Source: Longimicrobiales bacterium (GTDB taxonomy: Bacteria > Gemmatimonadota > Gemmatimonadetes > Longimicrobiales > Gaopeijiaceae). Taken from it: a DNA stretch of 64,000 bases. The translations under genes and the position numbers were made by a program. This document shows, one piece after another, positions 19,466 through 29,700 of the stretch. Numbering within the stretch: the first letter of the stretch is position 1; each line of letters opens with the position of its first letter. The DNA lies in assembly GCA_963664435.2 (NCBI GenBank), contig CAXXKM010000003.1, positions 864,001 through 928,000 of the forward strand. The letters run 5' to 3'. The notes beneath the pieces are model-generated. The model was given only the letters and a program-made list of their open reading frames with translations, ran no database searches and was not told the origin of the DNA.

Positions 19466-19891
19466 TCAAGTCCCCGGAAACAGCACCCGAATGGTCCTCC
19501 GACGACCCTGGCGGTAAGCGTGGAAGTCGGAATTCAGCGTCATGATGGAACCGTTCTCCGTCCCCTCGAGGATGCGCACGAGGCACGCGTCGGCAAGAGA
19601 CATCGGCACGTTGGCGTTCCGACGCATCAGGGCGGCCACGGCGTCGGCATCGTCCGACGTTCCGAGGACGTCGACCGCCCTCAACACGCCGCGACGGAGA
19701 AGCGCCACGGGCAGGCTTGCATCAACGCCGATGCGCCGGAGCAGGAAGCACGCTTCGGACAACACCGACTCGGACGTGAGCAGCGGAGGCGCCAATGACT
19801 CGAACTGCTCGCGCGCCCACCGGTGATGTGTTTCATCGGCGTCGAGCAGGGCCACGATGGGCCCGGTGTCAACGATGACCGCCGGCCGCAT
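19466..19891 (-). CDS. vapC: PIN-domain VapC-family toxin
   Basis: IVDTGPIVA, TSESVLSEA, PMSLADACL and TLNSDF..YR motifs. Confidence 0.88.
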   Translation of the reverse strand: MRPAVIVDTGPIVALLDADETHHRWAREQFESLAPPLLTSESVLSEACFLLRRIGVDASLPVALLRRGVLRAVDVLGTSDDADAVAALMRRNANVPMSLADACLVRILEGTENGSIMTLNSDFHAYRQGRRRTIRVLFPGT

Positions 19892-20045
19892 CCGCGAGCA
19901 TCGCGTCCCGAAGCAATTCCTTGTTGGTCGCCAGGTCCTTGCGACCGCTTCGGAACGCCCCGACGAGGTCGCCGGCAAGCTCGGCGCAACTGGGCAGCTG
20001 TCCATCCGCATCCCGAGCCAGAGCCTCGGCGAGGATGTCCCGCAT
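19869..20045 (-). CDS. N-terminally truncated CopG/RHH-type antitoxin (58 aa)
   Basis: Manual translation MRDILAEALARDADGQLPSCAELAGDLVGAFRSGRKDLATNKELLRDAMLADAAGGHR*; overlaps the vapC start; below the ORF-track size cutoff. Confidence 0.7.
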   Translation of the reverse strand: MRDILAEALARDADGQLPSCAELAGDLVGAFRSGRKDLATNKELLRDAMLADAAGGHR

Positions 20046-20054
20046 CGGCGACTA

Positions 20055-20660
20055 TCATTCTTCCGGCTTCGGCGCGCGGTGCGCGATCACCTGCTCGAAG
20101 ACCTCGTCGAGGCGCGTCAGGCGGGCTTCTTCGTTGCGCATCTCCAGGAGATCCTGTCGCCACTCGGGATCCAACTGCACGAACGCGGCCAGACGAAACG
20201 ACACCTCGTCGTCCGCATCGAAATCGGGAGGTGCGGGGGATGAGGGCTGGAGGGCTGAGACGGCGGCGCGAAAGAGGTTTATGGAAGCCCTGCGCGGCGC
20301 CGTCAGCCGGGGCTGCGGAGCCGGCTCGTCCTCGTACTCCGCGACCACGGCCTCGTAGTAGGGCTCGCCGGACTCGAGCCCGTCGTGAATCGCGAAGCGG
20401 CCCACGCCCTTCACCAGGATGAAGGAACGGCCGTCCTTGAGCCCCTGATGCCGTTCGATCTCGGCCAGCGCGCCCACGCGCCCATCCTCGATGAGAAACG
20501 GGCCGAAGCGATCGGAGTCGTGATAGATGAGCCCAAAGCGATGGTCGGTCTCGAGGCAGCGCGCCACCATGCGGCGGTAGCGGGGCTCGAAGATGTGGAG
20601 CGGGAGCAACTCCCCGGGGAAGAGGACGACATCGAGCGGAAAGAGGGGCAGGCGGTTCAT
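20055..20660 (-). CDS. LON peptidase substrate-binding domain protein
   Basis: MNRLPLFPLDVVLFPGELLPLHIFEPRYRRMV; ATGA overlap with the MATE gene. Confidence 0.92.
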   Translation of the reverse strand: MNRLPLFPLDVVLFPGELLPLHIFEPRYRRMVARCLETDHRFGLIYHDSDRFGPFLIEDGRVGALAEIERHQGLKDGRSFILVKGVGRFAIHDGLESGEPYYEAVVAEYEDEPAPQPRLTAPRRASINLFRAAVSALQPSSPAPPDFDADDEVSFRLAAFVQLDPEWRQDLLEMRNEEARLTRLDEVFEQVIAHRAPKPEE

Positions 20661-22036
20661 GCCACCCGCTTGCGCGGCGCCCGCGGATCGTCGATGAGGA
20701 CCCGGCCGACCCCGCGCGCCAGCAGGCGGCGGACGCGGATGAAGAGCAGGATGGCGACCGCCCCCAGCCCCGCGGCCAGGCCCCACCAGAGGCCGCGCGC
20801 GCCCATGTCCGCACCGAAGGCGAGCGCGGCGCTGACCGGAACCCCGAACACCCAGAAGCCGAGCGCGTTGAAGATGAAGGGCGAACGGGTGTCGCCCGCG
20901 CCGCGCAGCACTCCGGCCGCCACCGCCTGCAGGCCATCGGCGACCTGGAAGATGCCCGCGATGGGAAGGAGCGCGACCGCGACCGCGAGAACACCCGCGT
21001 CCGCCGTGTATACCCGGGCCAGCAACCCGGGCGCGCCCAGGAACACGCACGCGGTCAGGACCATGAACCCCCCGCCCATCAGGATGCCCGCCCCGGCGGC
21101 CCGCCGCGCCTCCACCATGTCCTCCCGGCCGACCGCGCGCCCGACCAGCACCGCCGCCGCGCCCGCGATTCCCAGCGGGACCATGAAGGCGAGCGCCGCC
21201 AGGTTGAGCGCCACCTGGTGGCCGGCCATGGTCACGGTGCCCAGCCAGCCCATCATCACGCCGATGAGGGAGAAGGCCCCGAACTCGAGCTGCTGCTGGA
21301 ATCCGAGCGGAGTTCCGAGGCGGATCATGCGCCCGAGCGCGAACACGTCGAAAGCCTCGCGCCGGATGCGGGCGACGTAGGGCCTGACCACGGGCCAGGA
21401 GAGGGCGAGCAGGAGCGCCGCCATGAACCAGCGGGCCACGCTCGACCCCCACGCCGATCCCACCGCGCCCATCTGCGGAAAGCCCAGGTTTCCGAAGATG
21501 AGCACCCAGTTGAGGAACACGTTCAGGAGGTTGGCGGCGACGATGGTCCACACGATGGGCGACACCCGGCCCATGGCCTGCAGACTCTGGCGCAGGACCA
21601 CGAAGGCGTAGAAGGGAAGCATCCCCGGGATGGAGCCGAAGATGTAGCCCGCCCCGACGGGCACCACGTCCTCCGGCTGTCGCAGCCACACGAACACCGT
21701 GGCGGAGGGCAGGAAGAGCAGCGACGCGATCAGGGCCAGAAACAACGTGAGCACGAAGCCGCGCTGGATGCCGCGCGCGACCGATTCCGCGTCCCCCGCC
21801 CCCACTCCCTGGGCGACGATGGGATCGAGCGCCATCAGCATCCCGTTGCCGAAGACGGCGATGGTGTAGAAATAGACGTTGCCGAGCGCCACGGCGGCCA
21901 GGTCGGTCGGGGACAGCCGGCCGACCATCATGGTGTCCACCACGCCCATCAGCATCATCCCCACCTGCACGCCCACGATGGGAAGCGCCAGGCTCACCAT
22001 GGTGGCGAGATTGGCACGGCGGGGAACGAGATCCAT
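20657..22036 (-). CDS. MATE family efflux transporter (NorM-like)
   Basis: VDTMMVGRL, AGHQVALN and FQVADGLQAVAAGVLRGAGDT motifs; many TM segments. Confidence 0.94.
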   Translation of the reverse strand: MDLVPRRANLATMVSLALPIVGVQVGMMLMGVVDTMMVGRLSPTDLAAVALGNVYFYTIAVFGNGMLMALDPIVAQGVGAGDAESVARGIQRGFVLTLFLALIASLLFLPSATVFVWLRQPEDVVPVGAGYIFGSIPGMLPFYAFVVLRQSLQAMGRVSPIVWTIVAANLLNVFLNWVLIFGNLGFPQMGAVGSAWGSSVARWFMAALLLALSWPVVRPYVARIRREAFDVFALGRMIRLGTPLGFQQQLEFGAFSLIGVMMGWLGTVTMAGHQVALNLAALAFMVPLGIAGAAAVLVGRAVGREDMVEARRAAGAGILMGGGFMVLTACVFLGAPGLLARVYTADAGVLAVAVALLPIAGIFQVADGLQAVAAGVLRGAGDTRSPFIFNALGFWVFGVPVSAALAFGADMGARGLWWGLAAGLGAVAILLFIRVRRLLARGVGRVLIDDPRAPRKRVA

Positions 22037-22102
22037 GGGAAGTCCTGGCGTCCGCGCGGCGACGGATCGGGAACGCGGTGGGAGGCTTGCGGGAGCGGCG
22101 CC

Positions 22103-22594
22103 TCAGAAATCTAGCATCGAGTCATCCACGTCGCCGGGATCGTCGATGCCCATGCGGGCGGCTTCATGGGCCCGGACCGGACGGCGTCCGGAGAATCCCG
22201 CATCCACCTCGTGCCACTGCGAGATGCGTGGCTCCCCGCGGCGCCAGCAGAGGTACACCCATCGCCCCTCGAACGTGGTCGGAAAGTCGAGAAGGCCGTG
22301 CTCCAGTCCCCCCACCGGGAACCTGATGCCTCTCCCCAGGATCTCCTCTTCGATGCAGCGCCGGATGCGCGCGCCGGCACGCCCCGCGCCCTCGCGATGC
22401 TCGAGGAACTCGCTGTGATCCGGGTTGGTCGGGGCCATGACCAGGCGCCCCCAGAGCGCCTCGAGGATCTTGAGCTGTTCGACGTGGCCCTCCAGCTCTT
22501 CGCGCGATCCGGCGAGGTCGTCGAGGACGGTCTCGAGCGCGGGCAGGAGTGCGTTGGCCTCGTCGAGGGTGAAGGCCTTGCGCGGGGGCTTCAC
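22103..22594 (-). CDS. DUF2203 family protein
   Basis: FTLDEANALLP, GLLDFP and YLCWRRGEPRISQWHEVDAGFSGRRP; GTGA overlap with the upstream gene. Confidence 0.88.
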   Translation of the reverse strand: MKPPRKAFTLDEANALLPALETVLDDLAGSREELEGHVEQLKILEALWGRLVMAPTNPDHSEFLEHREGAGRAGARIRRCIEEEILGRGIRFPVGGLEHGLLDFPTTFEGRWVYLCWRRGEPRISQWHEVDAGFSGRRPVRAHEAARMGIDDPGDVDDSMLDF

Positions 22595-22755
22595 CTGGCG
22601 CGCGCCTCGAGCGCCGAGAGGCGCCGCTCGATCTCCTCCAGCTTGTAGAGGATCATCACGTGCGTCTTCTTCGCATCGATTCCGACAGGGCTGGCGTCGC
22701 TGGCGATCTCGCGGGCGATGCGCTGGTAGTCCTTTGCGGAGGGCTGGCTGCTCAT
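22591..22755 (-). CDS. Small hypothetical protein (54 aa) with C-terminal coiled coil
   Basis: MSSQPSAKDY...SPVGIDAKKTHVMILYKLEEIERRLSALE; AGGAG RBS; coupled to DUF2203. Confidence 0.75.
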   Translation of the reverse strand: MSSQPSAKDYQRIAREIASDASPVGIDAKKTHVMILYKLEEIERRLSALEARAR

Positions 22756-22993
22756 GCGTCGGCTCCTGTGGGTGTTGCCGCGAATCCTCGGGGTGGCGCG
22801 CCGGATTGGCAAGCCGGTCCGCCCGACGCCCCGGCTCCGCATCGGGAAAGGATGCGCGCGCGCGCCGTGCAAGGGATGAGCGGAGGGGGCCGGCTGGATG
22901 CCGGAAGTGGCGGATCGGCGGCCGGCGCACGATCTTGCCGGACCGGCGATTCACCGCTACACCGTCACCTCTACACGGACGGAAGCCAACCCG

Positions 22994-24481
22994 ATGGCCA
23001 GGATCACACGCAGAGAATTCGTATCCGGGAGCGCCGCCCTGGCGATGGGCGCTACGGTGGTCCCGCGCCACGTGCTGGGCGGCCCCGGATATCAGGCCCC
23101 CAGCGACACCCTGGCGATCGCCATCGTGGGCGCGGGCGGGATGGGCGCCGAGAACGCCCAGGAACTGGGAAGCGAGCGCATCGTCGCAGTGTGCGACGTC
23201 GACCATCGGCTGGTGGAGAGCAAGGTCGAGGAGCGCTCGGTCGACCGCGACGGCAACCCGCACGAACCCGGCGTGCGCTGGAAGGAGCAGTACGCGGCGG
23301 CCCGCAAGTACACCGACTTCCGGGTCATGCTGGAGCAGGAGGACGAAGTCGACGCGGTGCTCGTCGCCACGCCCGACCACACCCACGCGGTCATCGCCGG
23401 AGCCGCCATGCGGGCGGGCAAGCACGTGTACGTGCAGAAGCCCCTCACCTGGTCGGTGCACGAGGCGCGCGAACTCGGCCGGCTGGCGGAGTCGACCGGG
23501 GTGGTCACCCAGATGGGCAACCAGGGCCACTCGAACGACGAGGCTCGCCTGGTCAACGAGTGGGTGCAGGCCGGGGTGATCGGGGTGGTGCGCGAAGTGC
23601 ACGTGTGGACCAACCGGCCGATCTGGATGCAGGGGCTGCCGCGCCCGGCCCCTCTTCCCGACGACGGAAGCCTGACCGACCCGGACCGCTCGTGGTGGCC
23701 CGGATCCGCGCAGGAAGCGGTCGCGTCGGGGCTGTGGGCCGACTTCAAGGCGCCCGGGCACCTCAACTGGGACCTGTACCTGGGGCCAATCGCGCGCGAA
23801 GTGCCGTACCACCCGATGTACCACCCCTTCCACTGGCGCGGCTGGGTCGACTTCGGGGTGGGGGCGCTGGGCGACATGGGAGCGCACCTGATCGACCACC
23901 CGTTCTGGGCGCTCGACCTCGGGCTGCCCCACGCGATCGAGGCGACCTCCACCCCGTGGGGCGGTCCCGTCGAGGACCCGGTGTCGTATCCGGTCGCCAC
24001 CAAGGTGCACTACGAGTTCGGGCGGCGCGGCCTCCTGCCCCCCGTCGACATGCACTGGTACGACGGCGGGCTGATGCCCAGACGCCACCCCCGGCTCCCG
24101 GACGACGTGCCGCTGGATCGCGCGGGCGGGGTCCTGTTCGTGGGCGAGCGCGGTCTGCTGCTGCACGAGACCTATGGCCGCAACCCGAAGGTCTATCCGG
24201 AGGAGCTGCAGGAGGAGGCGGACGCCGTCCCGCCGACCTATCCGCGCGTGGAGGGGACTCACGAGATGAACTGGGCCGACGCCTGCAAGGGAATCGGCGA
24301 GGCGAACTCTCCGTTCTCCTACGCGGCGCCGCTCACCGAGACCATGCTGCTGGGGCTGGTCGCGCTGCGCGCGGGCCAGGGAGAGCGCATCGAATACGAC
24401 GCGGCCAGCATGCGCGTGACCAACCACGAGAAGGCCAACCAGTACCTCGTGCGCGAGTACCGGGAGGGGTGGAGCATATGA
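22994..24481 (+). CDS. Tat-exported Gfo/Idh/MocA oxidoreductase
   Basis: TRREFV Tat motif, [20 protein letters not shown] and GALGDMGAH. Confidence 0.93.
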   Translation: MARITRREFVSGSAALAMGATVVPRHVLGGPGYQAPSDTLAIAIVGAGGMGAENAQELGSERIVAVCDVDHRLVESKVEERSVDRDGNPHEPGVRWKEQYAAARKYTDFRVMLEQEDEVDAVLVATPDHTHAVIAGAAMRAGKHVYVQKPLTWSVHEARELGRLAESTGVVTQMGNQGHSNDEARLVNEWVQAGVIGVVREVHVWTNRPIWMQGLPRPAPLPDDGSLTDPDRSWWPGSAQEAVASGLWADFKAPGHLNWDLYLGPIAREVPYHPMYHPFHWRGWVDFGVGALGDMGAHLIDHPFWALDLGLPHAIEATSTPWGGPVEDPVSYPVATKVHYEFGRRGLLPPVDMHWYDGGLMPRRHPRLPDDVPLDRAGGVLFVGERGLLLHETYGRNPKVYPEELQEEADAVPPTYPRVEGTHEMNWADACKGIGEANSPFSYAAPLTETMLLGLVALRAGQGERIEYDAASMRVTNHEKANQYLVREYREGWSI

Positions 24482-24530
24482 TGCGTCGATACATGGCCGG
24501 TCGCAGGATCCCCTGCGGGAGGAGCACGAG

Positions 24531-25250
24531 ATGAGAGCGCACCCGGCTGTATCCCGGCTATTCCTCGTGTCCCCCATCCTCCTCGCTCTCTTCGCCTCGC
24601 CGGCGTCGCTGGTCGCCCAGGAGCACAACACGCTCACCGCCGCGGAACGGGAGGCCGGGTGGCGGCTGCTCTTCGACGGGCGCTCGCTCGACGGCTGGCG
24701 GCGCTACGACGGCGAGCCCATGACGGGGGGCTGGGCCGTGGAGGACGGGGCCCTCGCACATGTGCGCAGGGGACGCTCCATCATCACCGACGATGTCTTC
24801 GAGGACTTCGAGCTGGCGCTCGAGTGGAAGGTCGAACCCGGCGGCAACTCGGGCATCTTCTACCGCGCGGCGCCGGGGGCGGAGGAGATCTTCCACAGCG
24901 CGCCCGAGCTTCAGGTGCTGGACGACGCAGGGCACGCCGACGGGCGCAGTCCGCTGACCAGCGCGGGCGCCAACTACGGTCTGCATGGCGTGCCGCGGGG
25001 GATCGTGCGGCCGGCGGAGGAGTGGAACCAGGTCCGGATCCTGGTGCGCGGAACCCACGTCGAGCACTGGCTCAACGACGAGAAGGTGGTGGAGTACGAG
25101 CTGGGCGGCGACGACTGGAAGGCCAGGGTGGCGGGGAGCAAATTCGTCGAGTGGCCGGAATACGGCCGGGCGGCCAGGGGGCACATCGGCCTTCAGGACC
25201 ACGGGAACCGCGTGTGGTTCCGCAACATCAAGCTGCGGGAGATTCGATGA
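24531..25250 (+). CDS. DUF1080 (3-keto-disaccharide hydrolase family) protein
   Basis: GWRLLFDGRSLDGW, GNSGIFY, ELQVLD and GHIGLQDHG..VWFRNIKLRE. Confidence 0.93.
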   Translation: MRAHPAVSRLFLVSPILLALFASPASLVAQEHNTLTAAEREAGWRLLFDGRSLDGWRRYDGEPMTGGWAVEDGALAHVRRGRSIITDDVFEDFELALEWKVEPGGNSGIFYRAAPGAEEIFHSAPELQVLDDAGHADGRSPLTSAGANYGLHGVPRGIVRPAEEWNQVRILVRGTHVEHWLNDEKVVEYELGGDDWKARVAGSKFVEWPEYGRAARGHIGLQDHGNRVWFRNIKLREIR

Positions 25251-26827
25251 TGAGCGAGGGCCCGTCCCGGCGAGCGTCGCGCCTGGGAGCGGCCGCGCTC
25301 CTCGGGACGATTGCGCTGCTCCCCGATCCCGCGGCGTCCCAGTCCGGCGCCGACGTGGCGCGCGCCTGGCGGGAAGCCAACGAGGCCGAGATCATCGACG
25401 ACTTCCGCGAGCTGCTCACCTACCCGAACCGCGCCCGCGACATCGAGGACGTGACCCGCGCCGCCACCTACATCCGCGACCTCCTGCGGGCGGCGGGAGC
25501 GGAATCCGAGCTGCTCTCCATCGACGGGGTGGCGCCGGCGGTCTACGGCAGGCTCATGGTCCCGGGCGCAACCCGCACCCTCGGCATATACGTCCATTAC
25601 GACGGCCAGCCCGTCGACCCGTCGAACTGGACCCATCCACCCTTCGAGCCCACGCTCTACTCGGCCTCGATGGAGGCCGGCGGCACGCCCATTCCCTTTC
25701 CCGCTCCCGGTGACGCGGTGGACCCGGAATGGCGCATCTACGCGCGCTCCGCGGGCGACGACAAAGGGCCCATCGCCGCGGTGCTCCCCGTCCTGCACGC
25801 CTTCCGCGAAGCCGGCATCGCGCCCACCTCGAACCTGGTCTTCCTCTTCGATGGCGAGGAGGAGGCGGGCTCGCGCAACCTGGGCCGGTACATGGAGATG
25901 CGGGCCGAGGCGCTCGACGACGTGGACATCTGGCTCTTCTTCGACGGGCCGGTGCACCAGAGCGGACGCCCCCAGCTCACCTTCGGGGTGCGCGGCGCCA
26001 TGGGGATGGAGGTCACGGTCTACGGCGCCACCCGCAACCTGCACTCCGGGCACTACGGCAACTGGACCCCGGACACCGGCAACATCCTGGCGCACCTGCT
26101 CGCTTCGATGAAGGACGGGGAGGGGCGCGTGCTGGTCGAGGGCTGGTACGACACCACCGACCCCATCGGGCCGGAGGAGCGCGCCGCTCTGGAGAACATG
26201 CCCGACATCGAGGCGGACCTGAAGCGGGAGCTGGGGCTGGCGTGGACGGAGGGCGAGCCCGAGACGCTGCCCGAGCGGCTGCTGGTGCCGGCGCTGAACG
26301 TGCGCGGCATCACGAGCGGCAACACCGGCGCCCTGGCCCGCAACATCATTCCCAACACGGCGGTGGCGGCGCTCGGCATCCGGCTGGTCAAGGGGAACGA
26401 CGCCGCCCACCTGCGCCAGCTGATCGTGGACCACATCGAGGGGCAGGGCTTTCACGTGGTGTCCGAGGATCCGGACATGGAAACCCGGCTGCGCTACCCG
26501 CGCATCGCCAAGGTCACCGGGGGCGGGGGGTCGCCGGCGTCGCGGACGGAAATGGCCAACCCCTTCGTGCAGGAGATCATCGCAGCGACCTCCGACGCCG
26601 CGGACCGCGCCTTCGGGACCGGATCGCTTGTGCTGGCTCCAGGCATGGGCGGCACGCTGCCCCTCTACCTGTTCACCGATGTCGCGGGCAAGCCCGCCAT
26701 CAACGTGCCCATCGCGAATCACGACAACAACCAGCACGCGCCCGACGAGAACCTGCGCATCGCCAACCTCTGGTACGCGATCGATCTGTACGCCGCGCTG
26801 CTGACCATGCCGAGGGGAGTTTCATGA
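25247..26827 (+). CDS. Secreted M20/M25/M40 family metallo-hydrolase
   Basis: YVHYDGQP, ARSAGDDKG, DGEEEAGS, LHSGHYG and NNQHAPDEN motifs; ATGA overlap. Confidence 0.9.
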   Translation: MMSEGPSRRASRLGAAALLGTIALLPDPAASQSGADVARAWREANEAEIIDDFRELLTYPNRARDIEDVTRAATYIRDLLRAAGAESELLSIDGVAPAVYGRLMVPGATRTLGIYVHYDGQPVDPSNWTHPPFEPTLYSASMEAGGTPIPFPAPGDAVDPEWRIYARSAGDDKGPIAAVLPVLHAFREAGIAPTSNLVFLFDGEEEAGSRNLGRYMEMRAEALDDVDIWLFFDGPVHQSGRPQLTFGVRGAMGMEVTVYGATRNLHSGHYGNWTPDTGNILAHLLASMKDGEGRVLVEGWYDTTDPIGPEERAALENMPDIEADLKRELGLAWTEGEPETLPERLLVPALNVRGITSGNTGALARNIIPNTAVAALGIRLVKGNDAAHLRQLIVDHIEGQGFHVVSEDPDMETRLRYPRIAKVTGGGGSPASRTEMANPFVQEIIAATSDAADRAFGTGSLVLAPGMGGTLPLYLFTDVAGKPAINVPIANHDNNQHAPDENLRIANLWYAIDLYAALLTMPRGVS

Positions 26828-27825
26828 GAGGGATGGGCGAGGGGGGCGTGGATCGAGGGTCATCGCGGGGATCGTCGCGGGGACCCGGACCGACGAGTGC
26901 GGGCGAGCGGCGTCCAGCCCGGACCGGCGTGGACAACACCATCGACCGGCGGAGCTTCCTGGGGGCGCTTCCCGGAGCGGCCGTGGTGGCCGGCGGGTTG
27001 CCGGGGCTGGGCCGGGTATGGCCGGGGGCCGCTTCCCAGGTCCCTTCCGCCATCGGGGTGCAGCTCTACACGGTTCGCGCGGTGATGGCGAGCGACCCCG
27101 ACGGCACCCTCGCCGCGATCGCCGCGATCGGCTACGCGGAGGTCGAATTGGCGGGCCTGTACGGGATGTCCGCGCGGGAGATGAAGGCCCGGCTGGACGC
27201 GGTCGGGCTGGCGGCCACGTCGAGCCACCACTCCGTGGAGGAGGTGCGGGGGAGCTGGGCGGCGACCCTCGAGGCCGCCGTCGCGCTCGGCCAGCGCCTG
27301 GTGGTGGTGCCGTCCATCCCGGTCGCCGAGCGCGACGGGGAGGCGCTGCGGCGGATTGCGGACGACTTCAACCGGGCTGGTGATGCCGCCCGCGCCGCCG
27401 GCCTCCGGTTCGGCTACCACAACCACGACTGGGAGATGCGCCCGGGCGCGGACGGGGTGCGCCCCATCGACCTGCTGCTCGACCGCACCGAACCGGAACT
27501 GGTCGACTGGCAGATGGACATCTTCTGGACGGTGCACGGCGGCGCCGACCCCATGGCCGAGCTGGACGCGCGCGCCGGCCGGGTGACCAGCGTCCACGTG
27601 AAGGATCGTACCGCCGCGGGCGAGATGGCCGACGTGGGCGCGGGGGTGATCGACTTCCGGACCGCGCTGGCGCGCGCCGGCGAACTGGGACTCCTCCACC
27701 AGTACGTCGAGCACGACCAGCCCGGCGACCCGATCGAGAGCGTGCGCGCCAGCTACCGCGCGCTCGCGGCCGTGGTGGCCGCAGGCACGGGCAGCGACCG
27801 GCTCCCGCGGTCCACCGGCCGGTGA
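26824..27825 (+). CDS. Tat-exported sugar phosphate isomerase/epimerase (TIM barrel)
   Basis: DRRSFL, GVQLYTVR, GYHNH, HVKD and VEHD motifs; start could instead be GTG 26929. Confidence 0.9.
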   Translation: MRGMGEGGVDRGSSRGSSRGPGPTSAGERRPARTGVDNTIDRRSFLGALPGAAVVAGGLPGLGRVWPGAASQVPSAIGVQLYTVRAVMASDPDGTLAAIAAIGYAEVELAGLYGMSAREMKARLDAVGLAATSSHHSVEEVRGSWAATLEAAVALGQRLVVVPSIPVAERDGEALRRIADDFNRAGDAARAAGLRFGYHNHDWEMRPGADGVRPIDLLLDRTEPELVDWQMDIFWTVHGGADPMAELDARAGRVTSVHVKDRTAAGEMADVGAGVIDFRTALARAGELGLLHQYVEHDQPGDPIESVRASYRALAAVVAAGTGSDRLPRSTGR

Positions 27826-27918
27826 CGCCCGTGCGCGTCACGTGCATCCCGGCGGGCACGAGTCGCCGGCTTCCGGCCGCGCCCTCCCGCCCCACCCAAC
27901 CCACAACCCTGACGTAAC

Positions 27919-29700
27919 GTGAGGGTTCGCACCCAGGACGGCTACGACGCCATCGTAGTGGGCTCGGGCGCGGGGGGCGGCATGACCGCCTACGTCCTCG
28001 CCTGCTCGGGGCTCAGGGTGCTGATGCTCGAAGCGGGCCGGCACTACGATCCGGTCACCGAGACCCCCATGTTCCACCTTCCGCGGGACGCGCCGCTGCG
28101 CGGGGGCGGCACCCGCCACAAGCCCTTCGGCTTCTACGACGCGACCGTCGACGGAGGCTGGGAGGTGCCGGGGGAGCCCTACTCCAGCACGGAGGGGACC
28201 GACTTCCGCTGGTGGCGGGCGCGCATGCTGGGCGGGCGCACCAACCACTGGGGCCGCATCTCCCTGCGCATGGGCGAGTACGACTTCAAGCCGTACTCCC
28301 GGGACGGGCTGGGCTTCGACTGGCCCCTCTCCTACGAGGATCTCGCCCCCTGGTACGACAAGACCGAAGCCCTGATCGGCGTCTACGGCTCGAACGAGGG
28401 GCTGGAGAACACGCCCAACTCCTCTCCGGGCGTGCTCCTCCCCCCTCCGGCGCCCCGCGCCGAGGAGATGCTGACCCGACACCACTGCCGCGACCTGAAC
28501 ATCCCCGTCATCCCCGCCCACCTCGCGATCCTGACGCAGCGTCTCGACGCCGCCCGCATCGCGCGCACGCTCTGGCCCGGCAACGCGCTCGCGCAACGGG
28601 TCACCCAGGAGTCCATGGCGGCGCGCGCGGCGTGCTTCTACGCGACCCCCTGCGGCCGCGGCTGCTCCATCAAGGCCAACTTCCAGACCCCGACGGTGCT
28701 CCTGCCCCCCGCACTCGCCACCGGCAACCTGGACATCATCACCGACGCCATGGTGCGCGAGGTCACCATCGATGCGCGCGGCCGGGCCACCGGGGTGCAC
28801 TACATCGACAGGAACACGCGCCTGGACGAACATGCCAGCGCCCGCGTGGTGGTGCTCGCGGCCAGCGCCTGCGAGTCGGCGCGCATCCTCCTCAACTCGA
28901 AGAGCTCGCTCCATCCGGATGGGCTTGGCAACGGAAGCGGTCTGGTCGGCAAGTACGTCATGGACACGGTCGGCGCGGGCGTCGGGGGCCAGATTCCGGC
29001 GCTTGAGAACATGCCCCCGCACAACGCGGACGGCGCCTCGGCGATGCACCTGTACATGCCCTGGTGGCTCTACGGGGAGCAGGCGCGCGGCCGGCTCGAC
29101 TTCGCGCGCGGCTATCACATCGAGTTCGGCGGAGGCCGGCGCATGCCCGGCTTCGGCTTCATGGGCGGGCTGGCGGAGCTCACCGGGGGCAGCTATGGCC
29201 AGCGGCTCAAGGACGAGTGCCGCCGCTACTACGGCTCGTTCCTCTGGTTCGACGGGCGCGGCGAGATGATTCCCAACGAGGATTCCTGGTGCGAGATCGA
29301 TCCCGAGGGCGTCGACCGCTGGGGCATCCCGACCCTCAGATTCAACTGGAAGTGGTCCTCGCACGAGCTGAATCAGGCCCGGCACATGCAGCACACCTTC
29401 GCCGGGATCATTCAGGCGATGGGCGGCCGGGTGACCAGCGACGTCCACGACGACGGCGCGCGCGCGATCGCCGCCCCCGGCGTCATCATTCACGAAGTGG
29501 GCGGCGTGATGATGGGAGAAGACCCGAGCGCTTCCGTGCTCAACCAGTTCTGCCAGTCGTGGGAGGTCGACAACCTGTTCGTGACCGACGGGGGCCCCTT
29601 CGTGTCGAACGCCGACAAGAACCCGACCCTGTCGATCCTGGCGCTGGCGTGGCGCGCGTCGGACTACATCGTGGAACAGCTGCGCACCCGGAGCCTGTGA
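27919..29700 (+). CDS. GMC family FAD oxidoreductase (glucoside 3-dehydrogenase-like large subunit)
   Basis: VVGSGAGG, RMLGGRTNHW, Cys cluster CFYATPCGRGC, IHEVG and KNPTLSILALAWR. Confidence 0.93.
   Translation: MRVRTQDGYDAIVVGSGAGGGMTAYVLACSGLRVLMLEAGRHYDPVTETPMFHLPRDAPLRGGGTRHKPFGFYDATVDGGWEVPGEPYSSTEGTDFRWWRARMLGGRTNHWGRISLRMGEYDFKPYSRDGLGFDWPLSYEDLAPWYDKTEALIGVYGSNEGLENTPNSSPGVLLPPPAPRAEEMLTRHHCRDLNIPVIPAHLAILTQRLDAARIARTLWPGNALAQRVTQESMAARAACFYATPCGRGCSIKANFQTPTVLLPPALATGNLDIITDAMVREVTIDARGRATGVHYIDRNTRLDEHASARVVVLAASACESARILLNSKSSLHPDGLGNGSGLVGKYVMDTVGAGVGGQIPALENMPPHNADGASAMHLYMPWWLYGEQARGRLDFARGYHIEFGGGRRMPGFGFMGGLAELTGGSYGQRLKDECRRYYGSFLWFDGRGEMIPNEDSWCEIDPEGVDRWGIPTLRFNWKWSSHELNQARHMQHTFAGIIQAMGGRVTSDVHDDGARAIAAPGVIIHEVGGVMMGEDPSASVLNQFCQSWEVDNLFVTDGGPFVSNADKNPTLSILALAWRASDYIVEQLRTRSL

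Noticed and set aside
26860..26885. Short SSRG-SSRG coding repeat before the TIM-barrel Tat signal
   Set aside because: Two imperfect copies in low-complexity sequence; not informative
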